DNA of 64,000 nt, from contig CAZMYR010000006.1 of NCBI GenBank assembly GCA_964570585.1, positions 1,636 through 65,635 of the forward strand, read 5' to 3'. Positions within the stretch are counted from its first letter, which is position 1; the number at the start of each line of letters is the position of its first letter. The notes beneath the pieces were generated by a model that was not told the origin of the DNA, searched no databases, and was given only the letters and a program-made list of their open reading frames with translations. Source of the stretch: an uncultured Planctomycetia bacterium (lineage in GTDB: Bacteria; Omnitrophota; Gorgyraeia; JABMRG01; JAFGKX01). Positions 27,045-35,626 of the stretch are shown piece by piece. A program made the translations under genes and the position numbers.

Positions 27045-27401
27045 TCAAGATAGTTTATATATAGTGTCGCACAAAAATTTTAGAAATGTATTTTTGTTGT
27101 CTTCCTCAATTTTCCTAAATTCTATTCCAACATTAAACAGCTCTTGCCCCTCTATCTTATCAGATCTGATTACCCTGGCGTCTATATGAACCGGGTTTGG
27201 AGTCTCCGGCGGAGTTAGGGTTAATTCTACTGATGTATCAGGAGAAACCTTTCTTGCAATTTCTAGCATCATCCCTGTTGCGCTTATATTTTTTGACTGA
27301 GTCTGAATCTCCTCTATTGTATCGTCGCTTTTAATCCTAATGGCTACAGGTATGGGTGTTTCTGTTCTAATATATCGTCTACGTTCTCTTGCATCAACCA
27401 T
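27045..27401 (-). CDS. Single-domain PilZ protein (c-di-GMP effector)
   Basis: RRRYIR (RxxxR) and NISATGMML (DxSxxG-like); the RBS aaggtgaggt precedes the ATG. Confidence 0.65.
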   Translation of the reverse strand: MVDARERRRYIRTETPIPVAIRIKSDDTIEEIQTQSKNISATGMMLEIARKVSPDTSVELTLTPPETPNPVHIDARVIRSDKIEGQELFNVGIEFRKIEEDNKNTFLKFLCDTIYKLS

Positions 27402-27417
27402 AAACTTACCTCACCTT

Positions 27418-27505
27418 AGGCATATGCACCGTTTGAGAAAGCAAGGTAGCAAATGTCCACTTTACGTGGACACTTGTCCTTCTGCTTTCCCAAGCGGTGC
27501 TATTC
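27418..27505. repeat. Family-A hairpin element, second copy (same orientation) in the 5' leader of the PilZ gene
   Basis: taggcatatgcaccgtttgagaaagcaaggtagcaaatgtccactttacgtggacacttgtccttctgctttcccaagcggtgctattct; the inner hairpin is gtccactttacgtggac. Confidence 0.75.
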
Positions 27506-27582
27506 TTTCTGAATATCTTTAAAAAAGGCGAGATAGTTTATCCTTTTATAAATAAACCTTACCCGCCTTTTTAAAAATGACC

Positions 27583-27954
27583 TTATTTTTCCTCAAACAC
27601 AAACTCTGGTTCGAGTAGTGGTTTATAATCCTCAGGAAGTGGAAATAGAAATGTTGCTACATCATAAGCGCCTGCCCCGGTTCTGACAACTGTCATTCCA
27701 ACCCCTTTAAGCGTGCCGTATGTTATGCCCATTAATGGATTGTTTGTCTCAACGCTAGTATCATAGATATTTTTAGGTAATTCAATCCATCCTGTTGCAA
27801 CATTCACTAAGCCTCTACCTAATTTTTTACCCATTTTTTCAACAACAGTACCCTCCTCGGCAACGGCTGGCAGGGCCACTGCTATAAAGCATAATATTAA
27901 TGCACCGGAGATTGCAATCTTTGTTCTTCTGTTAATTCGCATATTCTTATTCAC
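27583..27954 (-). CDS. Small secreted protein, paralog of 52267-52599; resembles the exosortase-associated TIGR04073-type family (unverified)
   Basis: Signal peptide, then KLGRGLVNVATGWIELPKNIY...NNPLMGITYGTLKGVGMTVVRTGAGAYDVATFLFPLPEDYKPLLEPE. The second copy shares it as KLERGGKNIVLGWTEVPDAI...NNPFLGITVGLVKGV...GALDVATFPL. Confidence 0.35.
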   Translation of the reverse strand: MNKNMRINRRTKIAISGALILCFIAVALPAVAEEGTVVEKMGKKLGRGLVNVATGWIELPKNIYDTSVETNNPLMGITYGTLKGVGMTVVRTGAGAYDVATFLFPLPEDYKPLLEPEFVFEEK

Positions 27955-28059
27955 CCCCTTTCAATTAAGAATTCTCCATTCAAAATAAGTTTATCAAGTA
28001 ATGATATGTTTGTCAAGAGTTTTTTGCGCCTATTAATATTTTTTTCGATTATCCGTCGA

Positions 28060-28467
28060 TTATCCGTTTATTAAATTGAGCGCCTTCTGGTTATCATTTG
28101 TTGACATTACCCCTATTACATTGCTGCCATCGCCGGTTGTGCCGTAAATATACAATATATCAATTCCGGCATCGCCCAATTTCTTTGCTACCAGGGATAA
28201 AGTTCCTGGGGCATTCTCAAATTCCACTTCTAACACATCGTCCTGCGAAACTTCGTGTTCCATGCCTTCCAAAATCTGAGCAGCTTCCGTGGGGTTGCTA
28301 ACCACAATCATAAATCGGGCCTGTTCACCTAACGCAGAGGCGCACAAATGAGAAATGTTTAAGCCCGCATCTTTTAGGGATATGGATACCCTACCCAGTG
28401 TGCCTACTTCATTCGGGGTTGTCACCATCAGCTGCTTTATTATCTTTGCTTTTGCCATGTTTACCAC
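28060..28467 (-). CDS. Tandem ACT-domain protein (small-ligand binding)
   Basis: Two beta-alpha-beta-beta-alpha-beta-like halves (VTTPNEVGTLGRVSISLKDAGLNISHL / ENAPGTLSLVAKKLGDAGIDILYI). Confidence 0.55.
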   Translation of the reverse strand: MVNMAKAKIIKQLMVTTPNEVGTLGRVSISLKDAGLNISHLCASALGEQARFMIVVSNPTEAAQILEGMEHEVSQDDVLEVEFENAPGTLSLVAKKLGDAGIDILYIYGTTGDGSNVIGVMSTNDNQKALNLING

Positions 28468-28480
28468 CTCCTTACCACAT

Positions 28481-28562
28481 CGTTTCTTCTCTCGTTGTTC
28501 GTATCTCGTGAATCGTCAAACGGGATACGCGATACTAGATACGAGATACTAGATACGAAGTC
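28481..28562. repeat. Word-palindrome (GATACGA / ATACTAG words)
   Basis: ttcgtatctcgtgaatcgtcaaacgggatacgcgatactagatacgagatactagatacgaag. Confidence 0.55.
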
Positions 28563-28573
28563 TTTTGTTCTCT

Positions 28574-29281
28574 TTAAAACCGCCAGCTCAAACCTGCATT
28601 TATTGCTTCTTCGTCAAAGAAGCGACCTTCGATATTCGCAGTTAAATTTTCGTCGAATGTAAAATCTGCGCCAACAGCCAAACCTGCATGGTTAACAGAA
28701 CCTGCTCTTTTCCTATCCTTTCTTTCGCTAGTTATGCGGCTTAAGGTAACTTTAGAATATTTAATCGCCATATAGGGATATAAGAGATTAAATCTTTTAG
28801 CGCATATTAACGAACTTTGCCAATCATCCATGAAAATTTCATTTTTTATTCCGTTGACAGTTCTGGGGTCAGGGTGAACACTAATATGCTGAAAAGCATA
28901 AAGCATGTCTATAGCATATTTATCCGGCTCTGTCAACCTCGCTCTAAAACCATAACCACCGGCAAAGGCGGTATTATAATTGATTGCATCTGCATCCTTT
29001 GGCTCAAATTTCAGATTTCCGCAGCCTAATCTAAAGTCCAGAGAAAACCAGTCAAACAGCCCATAGGAAATTGTAGTAAAATACTGCTGGCTTTCCACAT
29101 CTCCTTTAGGGCGCTTCATTTGTTTTTCAAAAAGCAAATTGGTTTCTGCGCCAATTTTCCATTTACCCTTCCTGGGTAAAATCGGGCCGTCGGTCGGCAT
29201 TGCATATGTAATTGCAGGTAGTAATAAAAATAAACAAGATAGCTGTAAGCTGTAAGCTATAAGCTGTAAGCTATTTTTCAT
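28574..29281 (-). CDS. Predicted outer-membrane beta-barrel protein (signal peptide, C-terminal ...SWRF)
   Basis: Signal LFLLLPAITYA; alternating amphipathic strands; terminal aromatic Phe. The N-terminal codons are a tandem agctgtaagct repeat. Confidence 0.4.
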   Translation of the reverse strand: MKNSLQLIAYSLQLSCLFLLLPAITYAMPTDGPILPRKGKWKIGAETNLLFEKQMKRPKGDVESQQYFTTISYGLFDWFSLDFRLGCGNLKFEPKDADAINYNTAFAGGYGFRARLTEPDKYAIDMLYAFQHISVHPDPRTVNGIKNEIFMDDWQSSLICAKRFNLLYPYMAIKYSKVTLSRITSERKDRKRAGSVNHAGLAVGADFTFDENLTANIEGRFFDEEAINAGLSWRF

Positions 29282-29933
29282 ATCTTAGATTTGGCAGGCC
29301 AATATCCGCAACGACTATTTTGCCGCAAATCTCTGGCCCTTTGTTTTTGTATAATCCCTTCTTGGGTAAAGCGAAGGTAACTGTCTCATCTGCTATTATG
29401 CAACTACCGTGAATCTGGCCGGTTGTAGCATCTAAGCCCGAAGGGATATCTACAGATATTACAGGCACATTAAGCTGATTAATAAAATTTATTACAGCCG
29501 ATGAAAGAATATCAGGGGCGCCTTTAAAGCCTGTTCCAAATATAGCGTCAACAACAAGGTTTGCTTTGAAATTTCTTTTGATTGCATCAACACTTTTTAT
29601 GTCACAAATCTCAGTTATTTTTTGGTTCATCTTGATAAGGATATTCATATTTATTGCCGGATCCACTTTAAGTTTATTTTTCAGCCCTAATAAATAGATA
29701 AGGGCCTTGTAATTATTATTTATCAGATGCCTTGCGCATACTAAACTATCTCCGCCATTATTGCCTTTTCCGCAAAATATAGCTACAGTATTGGCTCTAT
29801 CTTTAAGGTAGGAAGTGATTGAGTGAGCAACAGCCCTTCCTGCATTTTCCATAAGTACTATAGATGGTATGCCGTATCTTTTAATCGCCTCAGCATCTAT
29901 CTGTTTCATCTTGGCGGCAGTTACAGCTTTCAT
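29271..29933 (-). CDS. NAD(P)H-hydrate epimerase (YjeF N-terminal domain)
   Basis: VAIFCGKGNNGGDSLVCARHL and GTGFKGAP. Confidence 0.75.
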   Translation of the reverse strand: MKAVTAAKMKQIDAEAIKRYGIPSIVLMENAGRAVAHSITSYLKDRANTVAIFCGKGNNGGDSLVCARHLINNNYKALIYLLGLKNKLKVDPAINMNILIKMNQKITEICDIKSVDAIKRNFKANLVVDAIFGTGFKGAPDILSSAVINFINQLNVPVISVDIPSGLDATTGQIHGSCIIADETVTFALPKKGLYKNKGPEICGKIVVADIGLPNLRYEK

Positions 29934-29940
29934 GTCGTTG

Positions 29941-31242
29941 TTATCGAGGCCTTTTTAGCAGTTTATACATATTATTCTTATATGCCTCCACGCCCGGTTG
30001 ATTGAAGGGATTTATGCCTAATAAATACCCTGAGGCTGCTACTGCTATTTCAAAGAAATAATATATTCCTCCGAGATAATAAGGCGACCTTTCGGGTAGG
30101 TGTATGGTCATATTTGGCACGGCGCCTGAGGTATGGGCCTGGGCTGTTCCTTGATAGGCCTTTTTATCTATATAATCAAGTTCCTTGCCGGAAATATAAT
30201 TTAGCTCATCAAAATTTTCTTTGAAATACGGTATCTTTATCTTATTAAAGGGCTTATCAATAATTAAAAAAGTCTCGAAGATATTCCTTTTGCCTCCTTG
30301 AATTAATTGGCCGAGTGAATGCAAATCAGTAGTAAAGTCGGCTATAGCAGGAAATATCGCCTTGTTATCCTTGCCTTCGCTTTCAGCAAATAATTGTTTC
30401 CACCACTCAAGCAAATAATGTAATGACGGATGAAAGCCGGCTAATATCTCGATGAATTTAGCAGACCTATATAAAAGATTGCGAATGCCTGCGTATCGAT
30501 AAGCAATGTTTTCTTCTATTTTACAGCTAAATATGTATTTTTCCATACAGGCTGCGCCTTTTAATAATCCTTCGATATCTATGCCGGCGCAGGCCATAGG
30601 CAAAAGGCCGACAGGGGTAAGAACAGAAAATCTTCCGCCTACATCATCGGGTATAACAAATGTTCTGATCCCTTTTTTAGAAGCCAGTTTTTTAAGGCGG
30701 CCTTTTTTTCCGTCGGTAGTGAAAATTATCCGTTTTGTAATCTCCCTTTTATTGTAACGTCTTTTCATAAAATCATATATAATTCTAAAAGCTAAAGCCG
30801 GTTCTGTGGTAGAGCCTGATTTTGATATAACGTTCACATATAACTCCTTGCCGGTGTTTATAATATCTAATAAATCCTTCATATAATCCGAACTCAAATT
30901 AGTGCCGCAGAAATATATCTTAAGTTTTTTCTCGTTTCTTTGAAAGAGCGGAGATAAAAACTCAATACCTGCCCTGGCTCCGAGATAAGAGCCCCCTATG
31001 CCTATACATAATAATATATCAGAATTTTTTTGTATTTCTTGCGCAGTATTTTTTATTTCAGATATGAGCGTTTTAGTTGTATTGGAAGGAAGGCGTAGCC
31101 AGCCTAAAAAATCTCCCCCTTCACCTGTGCCTTTTTTGAGCTTTTTATCAATAGCAATTATCTCCGCCAAAATTGAATCAATCTGGCTCTGGTTGATAAA
31201 TGGCTTTATATTATTCGTATCTAATGTTATTTTATTTTCCAT
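29941..31242 (-). CDS. pgi: Glucose-6-phosphate isomerase
   Basis: IGIGGSYLGARAG...GGRFSVLTPVGLLP...SQSGST-like SKSGSTTEP. Confidence 0.85.
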   Translation of the reverse strand: MENKITLDTNNIKPFINQSQIDSILAEIIAIDKKLKKGTGEGGDFLGWLRLPSNTTKTLISEIKNTAQEIQKNSDILLCIGIGGSYLGARAGIEFLSPLFQRNEKKLKIYFCGTNLSSDYMKDLLDIINTGKELYVNVISKSGSTTEPALAFRIIYDFMKRRYNKREITKRIIFTTDGKKGRLKKLASKKGIRTFVIPDDVGGRFSVLTPVGLLPMACAGIDIEGLLKGAACMEKYIFSCKIEENIAYRYAGIRNLLYRSAKFIEILAGFHPSLHYLLEWWKQLFAESEGKDNKAIFPAIADFTTDLHSLGQLIQGGKRNIFETFLIIDKPFNKIKIPYFKENFDELNYISGKELDYIDKKAYQGTAQAHTSGAVPNMTIHLPERSPYYLGGIYYFFEIAVAASGYLLGINPFNQPGVEAYKNNMYKLLKRPR

Positions 31243-31245
31243 ATT

Positions 31246-32043
31246 TTACTCTTTCTCCTTAACGAATATATCTTTTATCGTCTTTTTGATATCTTTTGCA
31301 GTATCTTTGACAGTTCGTGAGGCGCCCTGCGAAAACTCTTTTATTATAGCCCCTCCCCTGTCTATCACCTCGGTTAAATCTTCTTTTAGTATATCCATGT
31401 TAAAATTGATAAGCTGATATATGTCAGTTTGCATAAGCGCCTTATACATAATGGTGCTAACCAGCACCCTTGGGTCATCTACATTTTCGAAAAGCTGGTT
31501 TCTAAGGCCTATATTATATACCTTAATCATCGCTGCTCTGTTTTTATAATAATCTTTGTATATAACTTTCCCGACAGAAAGGGAAAGCTTGTCTATTTTA
31601 AAAGCGCCTGTCTTTTTTCCTGTTGGCATGCCGGGTTTTTGAAGGCTCTTTATAGACATAAAATTTAGATGCCCGGCTCGGTTTCTTATAATGAACAGTT
31701 CCTTTAAATCTATCTTTAAAATATTAAAATGGACTTTTCGCCGTATAGCAGCCCCGAGATTATAATCAAGGTAGGCGAAGGGTATATCTGCCATAACGCC
31801 TTCTTCGAAGCCGGCGGGATTATATAATCTCAAATGCTTTATATCGATATTATGCTGCCCTATATCGGCATTAACATCTTCGACGGTTATTCTGAGATCG
31901 GTCAATGATTTGACAGAATTTACCAAAATTGACTTAAGTATCGCGTTTCTTGCCTTAAAAGCTATAAAGGAAGCTATGAGCAAGAATATAAAAAGCCATA
32001 TAAGAAGCTTCTTCATTCTCGTGGAGGGGACACCCTGCAGCAC
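31246..32043 (-). CDS. Hypothetical membrane-anchored protein; probable start at Met10 (32016), outside the family-B repeat
   Basis: The N-terminal TM is LLIWLFIFLLIASFIAF; no known motif. Confidence 0.3.
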   Translation of the reverse strand: MLQGVPSTRMKKLLIWLFIFLLIASFIAFKARNAILKSILVNSVKSLTDLRITVEDVNADIGQHNIDIKHLRLYNPAGFEEGVMADIPFAYLDYNLGAAIRRKVHFNILKIDLKELFIIRNRAGHLNFMSIKSLQKPGMPTGKKTGAFKIDKLSLSVGKVIYKDYYKNRAAMIKVYNIGLRNQLFENVDDPRVLVSTIMYKALMQTDIYQLINFNMDILKEDLTEVIDRGGAIIKEFSQGASRTVKDTAKDIKKTIKDIFVKEKE

Positions 32044-32091
32044 AAAAAAGATGCGTATATTTCAGACTTTTTTGTGCTGCAGGGTGTCCCC
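32026..32091. repeat. Family-B hairpin repeat, second copy (identical 25-nt arms, different 16-nt loop)
   Basis: ggggacaccctgcagcacaaaaaag atgcgtatatttcaga cttttttgtgctgcagggtgtcccc. Confidence 0.8.
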
Positions 32092-32099
32092 TTCTGTTA

Positions 32100-32663
32100 C
32101 TAAAACTCCACCTTCGGCACCGCGCGGGCTGCTGCCTCTGCTTCAAAGAATTCAGCCGCTTTTTTACCTCTCAGCGATGCAAAAAAGACGCCCGGGATAT
32201 TCCTTACATAAGTATTATATGCCCTAACTTCCCGGTTATACCTGTTTCTTTCAACCGCAATTCTGTTTTCTGTGCCTTCCAATTGGGCCTGTAGAGTCAA
32301 AAAATTCTGACTTGCTTTCAGGTCAGGATATCTTTCAGCTACTAAAAGCAGTCTTGATAAGGCGCCGCCTAAACCTTCAGCAGCTTTTATCTTCTCTCCC
32401 CTAGTCTGGGCCTTAGCCCACTGGCTTCTAAGCTCTGTCACTCTGGTAAAAAGTTCTTTTTCATGCGCTGCATAGCCTTTAACCGTATTTACCAGATTAG
32501 GGATAAGGTCAATCCTCCTTTGTAACTGGTTTTCAACCTGTGCCCACCCTTCCAAAACCTTCTGATCCAGCACAATTACTTTGTTCCATCCGCCAATAAA
32601 CCATCCTGCGAGTATAACCAATACTATGCCGACTACAATTAATACAATCAACCATTTCTTCAT
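32100..32663 (-). CDS. lemA: LemA-family membrane protein
   Basis: N-terminal TM, then NKVIVLDQKV...QLQRRIDLIPNLVNTVKGYAAHEKELF...AERYPDLKASQNF. Confidence 0.8.
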   Translation of the reverse strand: MKKWLIVLIVVGIVLVILAGWFIGGWNKVIVLDQKVLEGWAQVENQLQRRIDLIPNLVNTVKGYAAHEKELFTRVTELRSQWAKAQTRGEKIKAAEGLGGALSRLLLVAERYPDLKASQNFLTLQAQLEGTENRIAVERNRYNREVRAYNTYVRNIPGVFFASLRGKKAAEFFEAEAAARAVPKVEF

Positions 32664-32679
32664 TATCTCTTACCTCCTT

Positions 32680-33486
32680 TTACCAGCCTCCGCTTGCTCC
32701 TCCTCCGCCGGATAGACCGCCGCCAAAACCTCCAAAACCTCCACTAAAGCCGCCACCTGTTCCATGATAACCAGTACCATACCACATCCCGCCTCTTCTT
32801 CTTCCCATACCGCCAAGTATAAAATAGAACAAAAGTCCGGAACGCAATCCAAATATAAGAATAAAGAATGATAATGTCATTAAAAAACGCAGCAGTGTTG
32901 CTGCAGGCGAAACTGGAGTTACTCTTGCCGCCTTAGCATAAGCTGCACCACCTGTAAGCTTGACATTATATTCTTTAGCTGCAAGTTGCGCAACAGAAAT
33001 AGCCCCAAGAACAATACCTTTGCTAAAATTTCCCTGCTTAAATTGCGGTATCATAATCTGGCTTATAATCTGATGTGCTATTGCATCCGGAATGACCCCC
33101 TCTAAACCATAACCTGTCTCAATCCTGACCTTTTTATCATTAGCTGCCATTAAAATAAGTACACCGTTGTCCTTGGCCTTCGTGCCTATGCCCCATTTTT
33201 CAAAAAGTTCTACTGCGTATTGCTCAATTGTCAATGGTTTCGTGGTGGCAAGGGTCACAACTGCAATCTGGGCAGTGGTCTTTGTATCTAATTCTTGTGC
33301 TAATGCCTCGATGGTTTGTTCATCGGCAGGTTCTATAACATTGGCAAAATCATTCACATACCCGCGAAAAGCAGGCATTCTGGCCTCTTCCTGTTCCTGC
33401 TGCTGCGCATATGCAAAGTTTGCAAGGGCTATAGATAACAATAATATCAATATAAAAAACGTCTTTATCTTCATCAAAAATGCCAT
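32680..33486 (-). CDS. TPM-domain protein (TLP18.3/YgcG-type phosphatase fold) with C-terminal TM and Gly-rich tail
   Basis: FRGYVNDFANVIEPADEQTIEALAQELDTKTTAQIAVVTLATT...GVLILMAANDKKVRIETGYGLEG; typical LemA partner. Confidence 0.7.
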   Translation of the reverse strand: MAFLMKIKTFFILILLLSIALANFAYAQQQEQEEARMPAFRGYVNDFANVIEPADEQTIEALAQELDTKTTAQIAVVTLATTKPLTIEQYAVELFEKWGIGTKAKDNGVLILMAANDKKVRIETGYGLEGVIPDAIAHQIISQIMIPQFKQGNFSKGIVLGAISVAQLAAKEYNVKLTGGAAYAKAARVTPVSPAATLLRFLMTLSFFILIFGLRSGLLFYFILGGMGRRRGGMWYGTGYHGTGGGFSGGFGGFGGGLSGGGGASGGW

Positions 33487-33516
33487 TCTCGTGAAAGCGG
33501 GAATGACAAACCGCTT

Positions 33517-34269
33517 TTAAACCTTTAACTCATCTGCTACAATTGCAAGCTTTCCAATCTCCTGGATATATTTTTCAAAAAATGGCTCCACATCCTGCGA
33601 GCCTATTTTGTCGTCGTCTTTTTTATCTCGCAATATTGCTAAGAAAACAACTGGGTCTATTCCGAAATTTTTACCAAGGCTATTTATTATCTCTTCCTTA
33701 TCAGTGGATGGCATTTGGGCTGTCTTTAAACGCAGGAGCCCCCTGAATATTGGAAAGAGTGAATTAAGAGACTCTTTCAACAGCGCATCTATGCCTTTTT
33801 TCCTTAGGCCTATCTCTAAATATGCTTCTCTCATCCTTATCAATTTACCCTTAAGTTGTTGCTCACATTGCAATCTTATGTTAGATTCATCAACAGGAAG
33901 GTTCTTGAGCAAATCCTGTCCATAGAGCAGGCAATAGTTATCTTTCATTTCTAAAAATTCGGCTGGAAATACATCAGTTGAAGTTTGCATATGCCTTACT
34001 GTTAGCATTAAAGGGGCGGCTATTCTCTTGCTTATGCCAAAAGAAACAAGTTTGAGAGACTTTTTTAAATCGGGAAATTCAAGGTTCTTAAAAATTACTG
34101 CCATATTGACATCGGACTTTCCCGGAATATAGTTTCTTCCTGTGGCGCTGCCATATATAAAAATTGATACGATATTGTCGCCATGAATTTTAAGCAATTG
34201 CCGGGAGTACTTACGGATTTTCCTTCTTATCTCTTCTGGCAGCATCTCGATATTTATTATAGGGCCCAT
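33517..34269 (-). CDS. Nucleotidyltransferase-fold protein (Pol-beta superfamily)
   Basis: IFIYGSATGRNYIPGKSDVNMAVIF (GS...DxN/D signature). Confidence 0.5.
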   Translation of the reverse strand: MGPIINIEMLPEEIRRKIRKYSRQLLKIHGDNIVSIFIYGSATGRNYIPGKSDVNMAVIFKNLEFPDLKKSLKLVSFGISKRIAAPLMLTVRHMQTSTDVFPAEFLEMKDNYCLLYGQDLLKNLPVDESNIRLQCEQQLKGKLIRMREAYLEIGLRKKGIDALLKESLNSLFPIFRGLLRLKTAQMPSTDKEEIINSLGKNFGIDPVVFLAILRDKKDDDKIGSQDVEPFFEKYIQEIGKLAIVADELKV

Positions 34270-35030
34270 TTTTCTCTCCTTATTACTGAATGTTTAATGC
34301 CGTCTTTCAATTCAGCCTTTTCGCCGTCAATTGCAACATATGTAGGTTTTACGGAACCGCACCAGGCCCCACAATTAGCATAAATGCCTTTTTCAAATTT
34401 AACCATTTTTGCCATATGGGTATGCCCGAAAATCACTATTTTCTTTCCGTTGTTGATTAAGGCCATAGCAGCCCTCTCGTATTCTGAGAAATCCCCGCCT
34501 CTTTTTATGTATTCTGCGCTAGAGGGCAGGACCTTATTTTTTATCTCCATTACTTTAGCTGTCCACTCATCAATATCAGGATGAATTATTCTCTCTGTCC
34601 ACCCACAAATATAAGAAGCTGTCCTGCCCCATCGATTTTTAGCAGCTAACGTGGGGTCTTTGTAACGGTTAAATACATCGTATTGGTTTCCATGTTCTGC
34701 ATGCAAACCGATTTTTTCATCATTGTATTTCAATGCGACATCAATGCTGGAATCTATATATTTGACAAAGGGAATATGGTCGTGGTTTCCTATAATATAA
34801 ACAAATCTTCTTTCTTTAGCAAAGCTAAGCAATCCTTCTATTACCTTATGATGATAGAATATTATCTTGTCTAAATCACACTGCCATAATTCAAAAAGGT
34901 CGCCTACAATTATAAGTTCTTCACAATTGTCTTTGGCAAAATCAAGAAATCCTAAAAATTCATCTGTATAGTGAAAATCGTCTGCTTTGGAACCATCACC
35001 TAAATGAAGGTCACTTATAAAAAATCTCAT
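34257..35030 (-). CDS. Calcineurin-like metallophosphoesterase (LpxH-like N-terminus)
   Basis: MRFFISDLHLGDG...IIVGDLFELWQ...GNHDH. Confidence 0.6.
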   Translation of the reverse strand: MRFFISDLHLGDGSKADDFHYTDEFLGFLDFAKDNCEELIIVGDLFELWQCDLDKIIFYHHKVIEGLLSFAKERRFVYIIGNHDHIPFVKYIDSSIDVALKYNDEKIGLHAEHGNQYDVFNRYKDPTLAAKNRWGRTASYICGWTERIIHPDIDEWTAKVMEIKNKVLPSSAEYIKRGGDFSEYERAAMALINNGKKIVIFGHTHMAKMVKFEKGIYANCGAWCGSVKPTYVAIDGEKAELKDGIKHSVIRREKWAL

Positions 35031-35500
35031 CTGTTTTTTCTTAAAGACATCACATGCAACTTGCTTCTATCAAGCCTGCAAACTTGTTTTATCTTCTCCT
35101 CTATTTCAGGAGGATAATTATTGGTATATTCAAAACCATATCTTTCGAAGTATTTAGGGATGTGGGTTACAATATAAACGGGCTTATTTTTGCTAATAAG
35201 TGAGAGAACATACTCAAAGAGCATAGAACTTATACCCTTGCCTCTCCAATAGTAATCCACCCCCATTGTGGAAGGTTCATAAAATGTAGGATACTCAAAA
35301 TATCTTATAAAGCCTACTGGCCTGCCTTCTTTGTTTCTTGCTACAAAAAACTGCTCGACCGAGATATTCCTACCGTCAAGCCAGTATTTTTTAATCTTTT
35401 CTTTTATATAAGGCAAATCCGAAGGTTTTGCTTTTGTAATAGTTATTTCGGGATTTTTACCCATTTTTGCTATTCTACTATAACAGTCATCAACCTGCAA
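35027..35500 (-). CDS. GNAT-family acetyltransferase
   Basis: YYWRGKGISSMLFEYVLSLI...YFERYGFEY. Confidence 0.5.
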   Translation of the reverse strand: MQVDDCYSRIAKMGKNPEITITKAKPSDLPYIKEKIKKYWLDGRNISVEQFFVARNKEGRPVGFIRYFEYPTFYEPSTMGVDYYWRGKGISSMLFEYVLSLISKNKPVYIVTHIPKYFERYGFEYTNNYPPEIEEKIKQVCRLDRSKLHVMSLRKNR

Positions 35501-35512
35501 TAAAATTCTTAG

Positions 35513-35626
35513 AGACGTTTCCGGTTTTGTTCGGGAACCTGCCCCATTTCCAATCGGGAACCTGTCCCCGGGGACAGGTTCCCGAACAAATTTAGGGCAG
35601 GTTCCCGAACAAGTTCAGAAACGTCC
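35513..35626. repeat. BIME-like pair of inverted REP units (same REP family as the RAYT flanks)
   Basis: gacgtttccggttttgttcgggaacctgccccatttccaatcgggaacctgtcccc | ggggacaggttcccgaacaaatttagggcaggttcccgaacaagttcagaaacgtc. Confidence 0.8.

Noticed and set aside
32670-32852. 60-aa ORF
   Set aside because: An alternative frame inside the Gly-rich tail of the TPM-domain gene; the E/A-rich product is an artefact of the GGC/GGT codon repeats.
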